Part shown: piece after piece, positions 46,301 through 57,151 of the stretch
How the letters are laid out: each line of letters begins with the position of its first letter
Position numbering within the stretch: the stretch's first letter is position 1
NCBI GenBank assembly: GCA_963821525.1
Contig: CAWGED010000005.1
Coordinates: forward strand, 608,001-672,000
DNA from: an uncultured Gemmatimonadales bacterium
GTDB taxonomy: Bacteria > Gemmatimonadota > Gemmatimonadetes > Gemmatimonadales > GWC2-71-9
DNA: 64,000 nucleotides
Reading direction: 5' to 3'
Program-made: the position numbers and the translations under genes
The notes under the pieces: model-generated
Database searches by the model: none
What the model was told of the DNA's origin: nothing
Seen by the model: the letters and a program-made list of their open reading frames with translations, nothing else

Positions 46301-48451
46301 TCAGCGTCGAGGCGAACTCGCCGCTCGCAGGACGGTTTCCATCGCGGCACGCATCGGCCAGCACCCGATGGGTGCCGCGTTCGTCCTCAACGGATGAAGG
46401 CTGACGCTGGGTATAGGCTGCCATCCGGACCCAGCACCCAGGCTTGCCGGTTGTCTGCCCACATCAGGGAAAGCAGGTCCCTGAATCGTCGCCGCGATGG
46501 GTCGGATCTTCCACCGGCACCACCGCCTCGATACGCCGGTCGAGGTTGCGCGGCATCCAGTCCGCCGAGCCGATGTAGACCTCCTCACTGCCGCCGTTGA
46601 GGAAGCAAAAGGCGCGAGAGTGCTCGAGGAACCGCCCAATGATGCTGATCACCCGGATCCGGTCGCTCACACCGGGCGTGCCCGGCCGGAGACAGCAGAT
46701 CCCCCGCACGATCAGATCCACCTGGACGCCCGCCACGTGACGCCTCATACAGCGGCGGTGATGATCTCCGGGTCGGTCAACGCGTTCATCTTGGCGAGAA
46801 TCCGCGCCGGAGCGCCGCTCCGTGCGTGCTGGATCTCCCGGTGGATCATCATCAGGAAGCTGTCCCGCATGCCCTTCGGCGCCACGATGAGCTTGCGGTA
46901 CTGGGTGGGCGATGCGAAACCGGTGAGCACATTGAACAGGTCGGTCAGGTCGGCGCCCAGCTCGGGATTGCAGGAGAACAGCCCGAAGTCGGTATAGAGG
47001 CGTGAGGTCTTCGGGTGGTAGTTGCCGGTCCCGATATGCACGTAGCGGCGCATGCCGTCTCCTTCGCGGCGCACCACCAGCATCACCTTGGTGTGGGTCT
47101 TGAGTCCGGCCACACCGTAGCTCACATGGACTCCCACATCTTCAAGCCGCTTCGCCCAGCTGATGTTGTTCTCCTCGTCGAACCGGGCCTGCAACTCGAT
47201 AAGTACCGCGACCTGCTTGCCTCGTTCCGCCGCCTGGGACAGCATCCGCGCGATGTTGGAATCACCGCCGGTGCGATAAAGCGTGAGCTTGATGGCCACG
47301 ACGTCGGGATCGTCCACCGCGGCCTGAATGAACCGCTCGACCGAGCTCGCGAAGCTGTCGTAGGGATGGTGGACCAGCAGGTCTCCCTCGCGAATCACCT
47401 CGAAGATGTTGCGGCCCGAAGCGAGGCGCGGTTGGGTTGCCGGATGGAAGCTTTGGTCCCGGAGGGCCGGCATGTCGGCAGATGCCAGACCGAGCAGATC
47501 CGCCGTGTCCAGCAAGCCGGCTACCTCGAAAACGTCGTCCTGAGAGAGCGGCGAACCGGCCGATTCCTGGTCGTCGTTGAATTCCGAGAGCAGCACTTCG
47601 CGGACCGAGTGGGGAAGATCCGGAGCCACCTCGAGGCGGACCACCGCGCCGAAGCGCCGGTTCCGCAGGTTCTCCTGGATCGTGCTGAGGAGATCCTCGG
47701 CCTCGTCGTGATCCACCTCGAAGTCGGTGTTCCGGGTGATGCGAAATGGAGAACAACCCAGAATTTCGACCCCCGGGAACAGCGACTCGATATTGGCGCT
47801 GATTAGCTGCTCGAGCGGCACGTAGCGCTGTGGCGAATCCAGCGGGACCCAGCGCGGGAGGATCTTCGGGACCTTGACCCGCGCGAATCGCTCTTCTCCG
47901 TCCTGTCCTCGCAGGATGACCGCGAGGGAAAGACTCAAATTCGAGATGTACGGGAAGGGGTGGGCGGGATCGACGACCAGCGGAGTCAGCACCGGGAAGA
48001 CGTTCGCCTGGAAATAGCGATCCATGGCGCGCCGCTCTTCGGGCACCAGGTCGCCGATGTTGAGGAGTGCCAGCCCCTGCCGGGCGAGGGACGGCAATAG
48101 GACGTCGTGCAGGCACCTGGAGTGCTCCCGCTGCATATCCCGCACGACGCCGCGGATCGCCTTCAGCTGCTGTTCCGGCGTCAGGCCGTCGGGGGTGCGC
48201 TCACTGTAGCCGGCTGCCAGCTGTTCCTTGAGTCCCGCCACCCTGATCTGGAAGAACTCGTCAAGGTTCGAGCTGAAGATTCCCAGGAACTTGAGCCGCT
48301 CCAGTAGCGGCGTGCGGGGGTCCAGGGCCTCGTGCAGAACCCGGCGGTTGAACTCCAGCCATGACAATTCGCGGTTGAGAAATAGCGAAGGATGGCGGAA
48401 ATCGCCCAGAGGGGCTTCGCCAGCAGGGGCGGTCAGGTGGAGGTCGGTCAC
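46301..48451 (-). CDS. ppk1: Polyphosphate kinase 1 (frameshifts near 46745 and 46490)
   Basis: [74 protein letters not shown]. Confidence 0.95.
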
Positions 48452-48515
48452 AAGAAAAAATCTACGTTAGCCCGTCATGGGGGGCGAATCGGCGTGTAAC
48501 GGACAGGTAACGGGG

Positions 48516-48896
48516 TCACCGCTTCTCGCCGTGGACCTCCTTTTCCCCAACCGCAAGCGACAGGAACACGCTTACCAGCCCGATCAGGAGCCCGGCCCAG
48601 AAGGCAGGCCAGAAACCGTCGACTCGGAAGCCCAGATCGAACTGCGCCGAGAGCCACGCGGTGATCATCAGCAGCACCGCGTTGATCACCAGGGTGAACA
48701 GTCCCAGCGTGAGCAGCACGAGAGGGCAGGTCAGGACGGTGAGAATCGGCCGCAGGGTGCTGTTGACCAGCCCGAAAATGGCGGCAACGATCAGCAGCCC
48801 GACCGGTCCCTTGTCGTAGTGCAGCCCGTCCACGACCTGCACCGCGACGTAGAGCGCCAGGGTGTTGATCAGCCAGCGAATGAAGAGGGATCGCAT
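48516..48896 (-). CDS. 4-TM holin-like membrane protein (YvlD family)
   Basis: FGLVNSTLRPIL..LTCPL..LTLGLFTLVINA, F.VDGFWPAF. Confidence 0.88.
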   Translation of the reverse strand: MRSLFIRWLINTLALYVAVQVVDGLHYDKGPVGLLIVAAIFGLVNSTLRPILTVLTCPLVLLTLGLFTLVINAVLLMITAWLSAQFDLGFRVDGFWPAFWAGLLIGLVSVFLSLAVGEKEVHGEKR

Positions 48897-48917
48897 CGCA
48901 GGGAATTCTCCGGCCCG

Positions 48918-50951
48918 CTATGAGCTGGGCCGGTCCTGGCGCAGGTACTGGTCCATCCAGTCGAGCACCGTGCTCCACCAGAGGCGCCGGTTTCGGAGAC
49001 CAAGGACCCAATGGCCTTCATCGGGGAAGTATAGAAACTTCGAGGGGACGTGCCGCAGTTTCAGCGCGGTGAAGGCCTGCAGTCCCTCGGAGAGATCCAC
49101 CCGGTAGTCGAGCTGGCCGTGGACTACCAGCATCGGGGTCTTCCATTTGTCGAGATAGTTGGCGGGAGACCATTTCTCCATGGTAGCCCGTCCCACCGAC
49201 GACAATTGGGTCCCACCAAACTCCCATGCCGGGAACCAGAGTTCTTCGGTGGTCCCCGTCATGCTGAGCGGATTGAGGATTCCGTCGTGCGCGACGAGCA
49301 CCTTGAACCGGTCGGTCTGGCCCGCCATCCAGTAGATCATGTACCCGCCGTAGGAGGCGCCGGCCGCTCCGATCCGGTCCTTGTCCACGTACGGAAGCGA
49401 TGAGACGACATCCACTCCCTTCATCAGGTCTTCGTAAGGCTGGCCGCCCCAGTTTCGCGAGATACTGTTGGTGAAGGCCTGGCCGTAGCCGGTCGAGCCG
49501 TGGAAGTTGACCGCCGCGACGACGTATCCCCGCGAGGCAAAGAGGGCGTAGTTCCAGCGCGCGTGCCACTGGTCGAGCCACGCCGACTGAGGGCCGCCGT
49601 GGATCAGGTAGATCAGGGGATACTGCCTGGTGGAGTCGAACGCGGGCGGCTTGATCAGCCAGCCAAACACAGAATCGCCCTGGGCGCCGACGAACCGGAG
49701 CGTATCCATCGGAGGCAAGTCCAGCTCCTCCAGGGCTGCATCGTGCACCTTCGTGAGCTGCCTCATCCGCTTCCCGTCCAGCCCGGCGATGAAAACCTCC
49801 TTGGGATGCGTCGCGGACTCGCGGAGGAACACCATGGACTCGCCGCGGACCGGGATCTGCACCGCGCTGTTGAGTCCGCCGGTGACCAGCCGAGTGCGTA
49901 CGGCCTGCCGGGACTTCGATCCGGTACAGATTGTGGCCGCCACGCTCCTCGACCTCGGCGATCACGGCACGGGAATCCGGCAGCCACTGGAAGGCCTGGA
50001 TGCTGAGATCCCACTTCGCCGTGACCGTTGCTCGACGCCCGGTTGCGCGCTCGTAGACCATGAGCTGCTGCCGGTCGGCCTCGAAGCCGGGGGTGGTCAT
50101 CGCGAGGTACGCCGATGTAGCGGCTGTCGGGCGAGTACAGCGGACTGTTGTCGTTGGCGGGGCTGTTCGTGATGCCCTGACGGCCTGCCCATCCGGCCCC
50201 ATCACGAAAATGTCGTTGTTGGTGGTCGAGGCGACGATTGGAGTCGGGATTGAAGACCACCGCCACTTCCGTCGCCACCGGAGAAATCGCCACGTCGGCG
50301 CCGCCGAGTGCGAGGGTCGGCACATCCCGGTCGATCGGCGTCAGGTCGGTGACCGTGCCGTCGGGAAGGGATACCCGGAACACGTGCTGGCGAAGTCCGA
50401 CTCGCCACTCGTCCCAGTGGCGATAGAACAGATCGGTCCAGATCTTCGCCTCGGTCGGATACTTCCCGCCGCGCTTCTCCGCCTCGGTCGAATCCGGCCA
50501 GTTCACACTGGTCCAGAAGAGCAACGCCTTGCCGTCCGGCGACCCAGAGAAATCGCCCACTCCGTCCGCGAAGCGTGGTGAGCTTGGTCGGCTCCCCTCC
50601 GCGCGACCGGCAGGCGCCAGATCTGCGAGACCGCCCTCCCGGGTGGAAATGAATGCCAGGGTCCGCCCGTCGGGGGACCAGCGCGGCGCCCGGTCGCTGC
50701 CGCCGCCGGTCGTCGCCTGCCAGGTCTCGCCGGTGGCGGCATCCGCCAGCCAGATGCGCGAGGTGGAACGATTATCCTCGAGCGACGGGGTCGTGACGGT
50801 GAACGCCACCAGCTTCCCGTCCGGCGACAGCTGCGGGTCGCCAACGGTGGGCATGGAGACGAACTGATCGATGGTAAGGGGCGTCTTGCTCTGCGCGATG
50901 GAGCTGGCCAGGCAGGACCGCCGCGAGCAGCAGGAGGGAGCGTAGTCTCAA
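48918..50951 (-). CDS. S9 family prolyl oligopeptidase (multiple frameshifts)
   Basis: PD40-like repeats (SPDG), IHGGPQ, GASYGG, HGQLDYRV, FPDEGHW. Confidence 0.9.
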
Positions 50952-52027
50952 ACGATCACCCCCCCGCCGAGCACTCGGCCCTCGGGGGAATACAGGACCC
51001 CTGACTGTCCCGGCGTGATGGCCCGAATCGGGAGTCTCCAGAGACGAGCCGGATTCGGTCATCGCTCGCGGGCGGTCACGGTCGCTGGCACCGCGCGGGA
51101 ACGATAGCGCAGCTGGACCTGGCAGCTTTCGCCGACGGGCAGCGGCTCGGACAACCAATTCAACTCGGATAGTTCGACTGTGTGGCCGAGCAGCTCATCG
51201 GCCGACCCGACTACGACCTCGCGGGTCGCAGGACGAATGGCCACCACGTACCTCGGCTCCGAGCTCCCGCCTGGCAATCCCTTCCGCTGCCCGATGGTGA
51301 ATCGGGCGAATCCCTGATGCTCGCCGAGCATTTCGCCGCTGGTGCTGACCAGCGGTCCCGGACTCAGAGCTGGGGCCTCTTCCGGCAGATTGCGCTCCAG
51401 AACCGACACGTAATCGTCGTCCGGCACGAAGCAGATCTCGACCGATTCCGGCTTGTCCGCAGTCCGCAGTCGAAGCTTCCGGGCAATGGCACGGGTTTCC
51501 GGCTTGGTGAGGCCGCCGACCGGCGTAAGCATGCGGGCCACGACGGCGCGATCGATCCCCCACAGGAAATAGCTCTGGTCCTTCGCCGGATCGGCTCCGC
51601 GGTACAGCGCGCCCTCCCGGGCGATCGCGTAATGTCCGGTCGCGATGTGCCCGCAGTCGAGCGCGTCCGCGTGGGCAAGCAGGTCGCGGAACTTGGTGAA
51701 CGAGTTGCAGCGGACGCACGGAATGGGAGTCCGGCCCTGGCTGTACTCCTGCACGAAGTTCTGAATCACGTGGAGATTGAAGCGGTCCTCCAGATTCAGC
51801 ACGTAGTGCGGGATGCCCAGCTTGTGGGCGACGTCCTTGGCGTCGTTGATCGAGTCGAGCGAGCAGCAGGGACGGTCGGGCACCGAATCGCCGTAACAGA
51901 ACAGCTTCATCGTGGCGCCCACCACGTCGTAGCCCTGCTCGACGAGAGCGGCCGCCGCGACAGAGCTGTCCACCCCGCCCGACATCGCGACGAGCACTCG
52001 GTTGTCCCTGCGAATGCGATTATGCAC
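50948..52027 (-). CDS. mnmA: tRNA 2-thiouridylase MnmA (frameshift near the 3' end)
   Basis: [50 protein letters not shown]...RVLGGG. Confidence 0.95.
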
Positions 52028-53198
52028 GACCGAGCGCCTCCGAAAGCTTGCGGACCTTGCGAACCACGGTCGGGAACACCTCGGCGGCACGATCAACTTC
52101 GGCTTCGGTGGTTTCGTGTCCAAGACTGAACCGCAGCGCGCCCAGAGCGAGTTCTCGGGGGACCCCCATCGCGGTCAGGACGTGGGACGGTTCGACTGCT
52201 CCCGTCGAGCAGGCCGATCCCCCCGAAGCGGCTACACCGGCGAGGTCCAGGTGCATGAGCAGCGCCTCGCTGTCGGCTCCAGACACCAGAACATTCAAAA
52301 TGTGAGGAGCACGCTCGGCCGAATCGCCGCAGACGTGCAAATCGGGAACGCCCTCCCGCAGCTTGCCGAGCAGGCGGTCACGCAGAGCTTGCATACGAGC
52401 GACGGTCGAGTCGAGTTCCGCCACCGCGAGGGCAGCGGCGCGGCCCAGGCCAACGGCACCGGCGACATTTTCGGTGCCGGGCCGGATGCCAAACTGCTGG
52501 CCGCCGCCATGGATGATTGCTTCGAGGGCCTTCCGCTCCCGGACGACCAGCGCACCCACGCCCTTGGGCGCTCCGATCTTGTGTCCGGAAATCGTCAGCA
52601 TGGTGCAGGGGAGTTCGGCAAATCGGATGGGGATCTTCCCGAATGCCTGGACGGCATCGGTGTGCATGAGTGCGCCGGCTTCGGAACATCGTGCCGCAAT
52701 CGACGGGACCGGCTGTACCGTCCCGACCTCGTTATTCACCCACATTACGGAAACCACCGCCGGATGCTCGCGCAGCGTCTGGCTCAACGCGTCCGGTTCG
52801 ACCCGCCCCCCGTTGTCCACCGGCAGGATGCGCTCTTCTCCTCCCAGCTCCTTCACTGCATGGGCGGCGGCCAGTACCGCCTTGTGTTCGGTCGCGCAGA
52901 CCGCGGCGATCATCGGCTGTCCCCGGTGGCGGGCCGCCAGACAGGCGCCGATCACCGCCAGATTGTCCGCCTCGGTGCCGCCGGAAGTGAATACGACCTG
53001 CCCCGGGTCCGCTCCGAGCGCCTCGGCAACCTCCCGCCGGGCCTGTTCCAGTCCCGCCCGGGCGATGCGACCAAAGCGGTGCGAGCTCGAAGGATTCCCG
53101 AAAGCCCCCGCTCCCAGGTATGGCAACATCGCCTCCAGGACCTCCGGCCGAACCGGGGTCGTGGCGGCGTGATCGAGGTAAATGGGGCTGTGCGACAT
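52020..53198 (-). CDS. iscS: Cysteine desulfurase (IscS/NifS type)
   Basis: [48 protein letters not shown]. Confidence 0.93.
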   Translation of the reverse strand: MSHSPIYLDHAATTPVRPEVLEAMLPYLGAGAFGNPSSSHRFGRIARAGLEQARREVAEALGADPGQVVFTSGGTEADNLAVIGACLAARHRGQPMIAAVCATEHKAVLAAAHAVKELGGEERILPVDNGGRVEPDALSQTLREHPAVVSVMWVNNEVGTVQPVPSIAARCSEAGALMHTDAVQAFGKIPIRFAELPCTMLTISGHKIGAPKGVGALVVRERKALEAIIHGGGQQFGIRPGTENVAGAVGLGRAAALAVAELDSTVARMQALRDRLLGKLREGVPDLHVCGDSAERAPHILNVLVSGADSEALLMHLDLAGVAASGGSACSTGAVEPSHVLTAMGVPRELALGALRFSLGHETTEAEVDRAAEVFPTVVRKVRKLSEALGRA

Positions 53199-53224
53199 GG
53201 GGAGGGAAAATAGCCGTGAACCAT

Positions 53225-53380
53225 GGGAGACGGGAGACAGGAGACGGGAGACGGGAGAGGCGAAGCTGTCATTCCGAGCAAAGCGAGGAATCCCGATGCC
53301 AAGATCGCCCTTGGGATTCCTCGGTCGCTTCGCTCCCTCGGAATGACAGCCCTCTTCCCGTCTCCCTTCTCCCGTCTCCC
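53225..53380. repeat. Heptamer hairpin (GGGAGAC/GTCTCCC) enclosing a REP/MITE-like palindrome
   Basis: 5 units at 53225-53259; complementary units at 53353-53380. Confidence 0.9.
53265..53350. repeat. 86-bp REP/MITE-like palindromic element
   Basis: Perfect 14-bp terminal IR GCTGTCATTCCGAG/CTCGGAATGACAGC; inner 11-bp IR CGAGGAATCCC/GGGATTCCTCG. Confidence 0.85.
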
Positions 53381-54097
53381 CTACAGGCTCTGGACCTCGA
53401 GTTTCACCACGTCATCCACCCGCATGGTTTCCTGGGTGAAAAACGGCTCTCCATACCGGGTACGAATCAGGGACCCGTAGTGGGCATTCTGGGTTTCGAT
53501 GAGGGAATAGAGATCCTGACCAGTAGGAAAGATTTCGCCCGCGTTCTTGACGCCATCGAATTGGCTGGAATAGCACTTGATGGCGGCCAGTTTCCGGTCA
53601 AACTGGGCCGAAATGTCGACCACGAATGTGGGCTTCACCGGGTCTTCGCGGTACGCGAGGGAATACAGCAGCTTGTGAGGGCGGTGAGGTTCCCCGCCAG
53701 CATCGTACTTGGCCAGACCGGCGAGGAAGCAGGCGTCGCGCCCAAGCTCCGAAGCGATTCTGTGATCCGGGTGTCTGCCGATGGGGAAGGGCAGGATCAC
53801 GACTCGGGGAGCGAAGTGCCGAATCTGTTCGACGACGATTCGGCGCGCCTCCTCGCTGTTTTGCAAGTGCGCGTCAGGCAGTCCGGCGTTCCGGCGTTCG
53901 GCCACTCCCAGGATCTTCGCGGCCCGCTCCGCCTCATCCCCCCGCAGCTTCGCGCTTCCATGGGTTCCGCTTTCTCCCGCCGAGAGATCCAGAATTCCCG
54001 TTCGGTGGCCTTGATCGACGGCCTTGAGCAAGGTGCCGGCACAGGTCAGTTCGACGTCGTCGCGGTGGGCGGCGATGGCGAGGAGATGGACGGACAT
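53381..54097 (-). CDS. bshB1: Bacillithiol biosynthesis deacetylase (PIG-L family)
   Basis: AHRDDVEL.CAGT, GESGTHG, RHPDH, KPTFVVDIS, YSSQF, YGEPF. Confidence 0.85.
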   Translation of the reverse strand: MSVHLLAIAAHRDDVELTCAGTLLKAVDQGHRTGILDLSAGESGTHGSAKLRGDEAERAAKILGVAERRNAGLPDAHLQNSEEARRIVVEQIRHFAPRVVILPFPIGRHPDHRIASELGRDACFLAGLAKYDAGGEPHRPHKLLYSLAYREDPVKPTFVVDISAQFDRKLAAIKCYSSQFDGVKNAGEIFPTGQDLYSLIETQNAHYGSLIRTRYGEPFFTQETMRVDDVVKLEVQSL

Positions 54098-54100
54098 GAG

Positions 54101-54191
54101 GGGTCAGTGGCCAGGGGTCAGGATAGCAGGTGTCAGGGAAACGGATTGCAAGATACTCTTCAACCTGATCCCTGACACCTGACCCCTGGTA
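54101..54191. repeat. Inverted heptamer hairpin (GTCAGG(T/G) / CCTGAC(A/C))
   Basis: Arms at 54101-54138 and 54164-54191. Confidence 0.85.
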
Positions 54192-54211
54192 TCACGCCCG
54201 CACGCGAAGGA

Positions 54212-54793
54212 ATGCTGATGTCCCCCGACCTTCATTCGAAAGCGCGTTCCTCAAGAGTCCTCCAGCGCCATGTCACGCTGGCCTTGGGGCTGTGCCTGGG
54301 CTGTGCTACCAGCGGGGTTGCTCCGGTGGAGTACCCTGCTGTCAGGGTCTATCACGCCGATACGGGTTCGGTCTCCGCGGCCGTCCGCCAGGTGGCAGAG
54401 TCGCTCGACGTGAAGCTGACGCCTGATTCTCCCTGGAAGAAGACAACCGCCCTTTACTTTGAAGGACATTGGAACGAGCAACCCAAGTCGGGTCAAGAAC
54501 ATAAGACTTGGCACACCAAAGACTACATGACGTGCCCCCGCGATCCTGCTGGAATGCAGCTCAGTCTGAAGACCGGGGAGACCCAGAACACCGCGTCGCT
54601 GAGCTTGCGGATACAATTGCGGCCGGTTGTTCCCGACAGCGTCGCACTCCAAATGGGAGTCCGGGCTGCCCAATCAGAGATGGACGAAGGGCAAGTGACC
54701 TGGATGGACTGCGAGAGCAAGGGGAAGTTCGAGGGGATTTTTCTTGCGGCGATGGATTCGGTGTTGGGGGTGAGTCAGAGTGAGCGGCAGTAG
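54212..54793 (+). CDS. Orphan putative lipoprotein
   Basis: GAAGG RBS, hydrophobic stretch ending LCLGC-ATS (lipobox-like), opposite strand to neighbours, visibly lower GC. Confidence 0.7.
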   Translation: MLMSPDLHSKARSSRVLQRHVTLALGLCLGCATSGVAPVEYPAVRVYHADTGSVSAAVRQVAESLDVKLTPDSPWKKTTALYFEGHWNEQPKSGQEHKTWHTKDYMTCPRDPAGMQLSLKTGETQNTASLSLRIQLRPVVPDSVALQMGVRAAQSEMDEGQVTWMDCESKGKFEGIFLAAMDSVLGVSQSERQ

Positions 54794-54857
54794 GTGTCAG
54801 GTTACAGATGTCAGGGAAGAGAGCCTCCCTGACACCTGACCCCTGACACCTGGCACC
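54793..54857. repeat. Inverted heptamer hairpin (GGTGTCA / TGACACC) between convergent stop codons
   Basis: Arms at 54793-54817 and 54826-54857. Confidence 0.87.
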
Positions 54858-55748
54858 TAGCTCGCTACCGCCAAACCCCGCCGCCGCCACCACCGGCGGA
54901 CGGTCAGGATCCCAGCCATTCCTACTAGGCCCAGTGGAACCACCACGCCGAGCGATGCAATGATTGTAGCGTTCAGGTTCACGAAGTTGCGCCAGGCCCG
55001 CTGGAAAGCCTCGGCGATGACGGGCGAGCCCCGATACGGTCCCTGAATCGGCAGGGGTTCGTGGATCGAAATTGTAAGGCTGCTCATCGAGGCGTGCGCG
55101 GACAGGTAGCGCAGCCGGCCCTCGTAACGCTCGATCTCCTCCCGTACCCGCGCCAGCTCCCGCTCAACCTCCAGCACGTCCTGAAGCTTGCCAGTGCGCT
55201 TCGCGAGCAGCTCGATCAGCCGGTCTTCGAGCCGCTTGCCATTGATGATCCGGGCCGCGACGTCGGCATACTCCTCGCCCACGTCCTGGGCCGTGATATT
55301 GACGTATTCCACCTTGCCCAGCGGCGACATCCCGTTGACCAGTTCGTCGAAGCGCTCCGAGGGAACCCGGAGCTCGATGGACGCGGAGCGGTATTGCGCC
55401 GATCCGGCCTGATAGGAACTGTTGGCGAGATAGCCTCCGAGGCGGCCGGCAAGCTGGCGCAACTGAGCGACTGAGTTTTCCAAAGAATCGACTTCGACAC
55501 TGGCTTGTCCCGTCCGAATCACCATTACCCCGGGCAGCGAGGGGCGGGCGATCGGCTGGGCGTAATTCACCTGTCCTTCAGCAACCTTCCCGCCGGCCAC
55601 GGCATCGGCGGGTGCCGGTGCCGCGAGCTGCCTGCAGTGCATCACGTCTTTCGTTCGCTTCATCCTTGCTTTTGGCATCGAAGGCGGCACCCTCAGCCAG
55701 GCATGCGGCCACGGTGAGGGTTAGGGCGGCTGCCATCCAGGAACGCAT
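54857..55748 (-). CDS. DUF4349 domain membrane protein (frameshifted N-terminus)
   Basis: VIRTG...EVD, ELRVP, QDVGEEYAD, VLEVERELARVREEIERYEGRLRYL, C-terminal TM; GAGG RBS and ATG at 55748. Confidence 0.82.
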
Positions 55749-55821
55749 CTTGTCCTCGGGTCAGGGGTTGCGAGGGGATGCGCCAGACACCGAGAGTTGC
55801 ACAGAACTGTGGGGAAACGGG

Positions 55822-55906
55822 AAAAAGCGTGAGAGGTTAGAGGTAAGAAGGGAGAGGGAAGCTCAGTGCCCGTCTCACTTCTCACTTCTCACCTCTGACG
55901 CTCTTT
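55822..55906. repeat. Inverted heptamer hairpin (GTGAGAG / TTCTCAC)
   Basis: Arms at 55829-55856 and 55872-55899. Confidence 0.85.
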
Positions 55907-55911
55907 GGATA

Positions 55912-57150
55912 TTATTCGTGTCTGAGAGCTTCGACGGGGTCCATCGCCGCCGCCCTATTGGCCGGATAGAGCCCGAACACGAGCCCGATCATGATGCTGA
56001 CCAGGGTGGCCACGACGGCGCTCCACAACGGGACGCCGGATTGGAGGTTCAGCACTTCCTTCAGGACATGACCGGTGGCGAGGCCGAAGGCGATGCCGAG
56101 GAGCCCGCCGATGAAGGTCAGCGTCGCCGACTCGACGAGGAACTGCCAGAGGATCTCCTGACGGGTGGCGCCGAGTGCCTTGCGCAGTCCGATCTCGTGG
56201 GTCCGGTCGGTGACCGAAACCATCATGATGGCCATGACGCCGATCCCGCCGACCAGCAGAGCCACGCTCGAGAGGGCAACCATGACCCCGAAGAACGCGG
56301 TGGTCAGGTTGCTGATGGTATCGAGGATCTGGTCCTGGGTGATCACGTCGAACGTGTTCGGCATGCCAGGCCGAAGCCGCCGTTCCCGCCGAAGCGCCGC
56401 AATGGTGAGGTCCTTCGCGATGGGGACCGAGACCCGCGGCCATCCCTTCACCGAGAGAAAGAGCCCATTGGTCTCGTCATAGTGGTAGTTCCGCTTGGCG
56501 GTGACGAAGGGCATGATGGCGCCGATCTGCTGTCCCGGCGGTTCGAAGATGTTGGCCGGCCGCTGATAAATGCCGATCACGGTGAGCGCGACGCCGCCAA
56601 CCCGGATCCGCCGGCCCATTGGGTCGATCTCGCCGAACAACCGGTCCGCCGACTCTTCTTCCAGAACCACGACGGGCTCGCCATCCAGTTCCGAGGGAGC
56701 GAAGAAGCGGCCCCGGAGCAGGGTGCCGCCCAGGATCTCCATGTAGTGCTCGTCCGCTCCGTAGACCGTGACCGTCTGGGTCGAGACTCCCTGGTACTCC
56801 ATGCGGAGGAACATCTGGACCCAGATCCCGGCGTATTCAATCTCGGGGACGTCGCGGACAGCGATCGCGTCCTCTTCGGTGAGAACCGGACGGATCCTGA
56901 CCTCATACGGCAGATGGTCGGGATTGAGCGGGGTCTGGCTGAAGAACCGCATCACGTAGAACGCGCTCGGCCCCGCCGTGTTCATGGCGTTGAAGATCTG
57001 GCCGCGAATGCCCTCCACGATCGATGCCATCGCCATCACGGTAGAGACGCCGATCACGACGCCCAGAATCGTCAGTGCGGAGCGGAGCTTGTTGGAGCGC
57101 AGGGCGTCCAGTGCGATCCCGATTCCTTCGTCGAGGTTCCGAAGGATCAT
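55912..57150 (-). CDS. MacB/FtsX-family ABC permease
   Basis: NKLRSALTILGVVIGV, VGGIGVMAIMMVSVTDRTHEIGLRKALGA, DPVEALRHE. Confidence 0.93.
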   Translation of the reverse strand: MILRNLDEGIGIALDALRSNKLRSALTILGVVIGVSTVMAMASIVEGIRGQIFNAMNTAGPSAFYVMRFFSQTPLNPDHLPYEVRIRPVLTEEDAIAVRDVPEIEYAGIWVQMFLRMEYQGVSTQTVTVYGADEHYMEILGGTLLRGRFFAPSELDGEPVVVLEEESADRLFGEIDPMGRRIRVGGVALTVIGIYQRPANIFEPPGQQIGAIMPFVTAKRNYHYDETNGLFLSVKGWPRVSVPIAKDLTIAALRRERRLRPGMPNTFDVITQDQILDTISNLTTAFFGVMVALSSVALLVGGIGVMAIMMVSVTDRTHEIGLRKALGATRQEILWQFLVESATLTFIGGLLGIAFGLATGHVLKEVLNLQSGVPLWSAVVATLVSIMIGLVFGLYPANRAAAMDPVEALRHE

Positions 57151-57151
57151 G

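Noticed and set aside
48516..48896. Prophage suggested by the holin-family gene
   Set aside because: YvlD-type proteins are common chromosomal genes and no phage genes are nearby.
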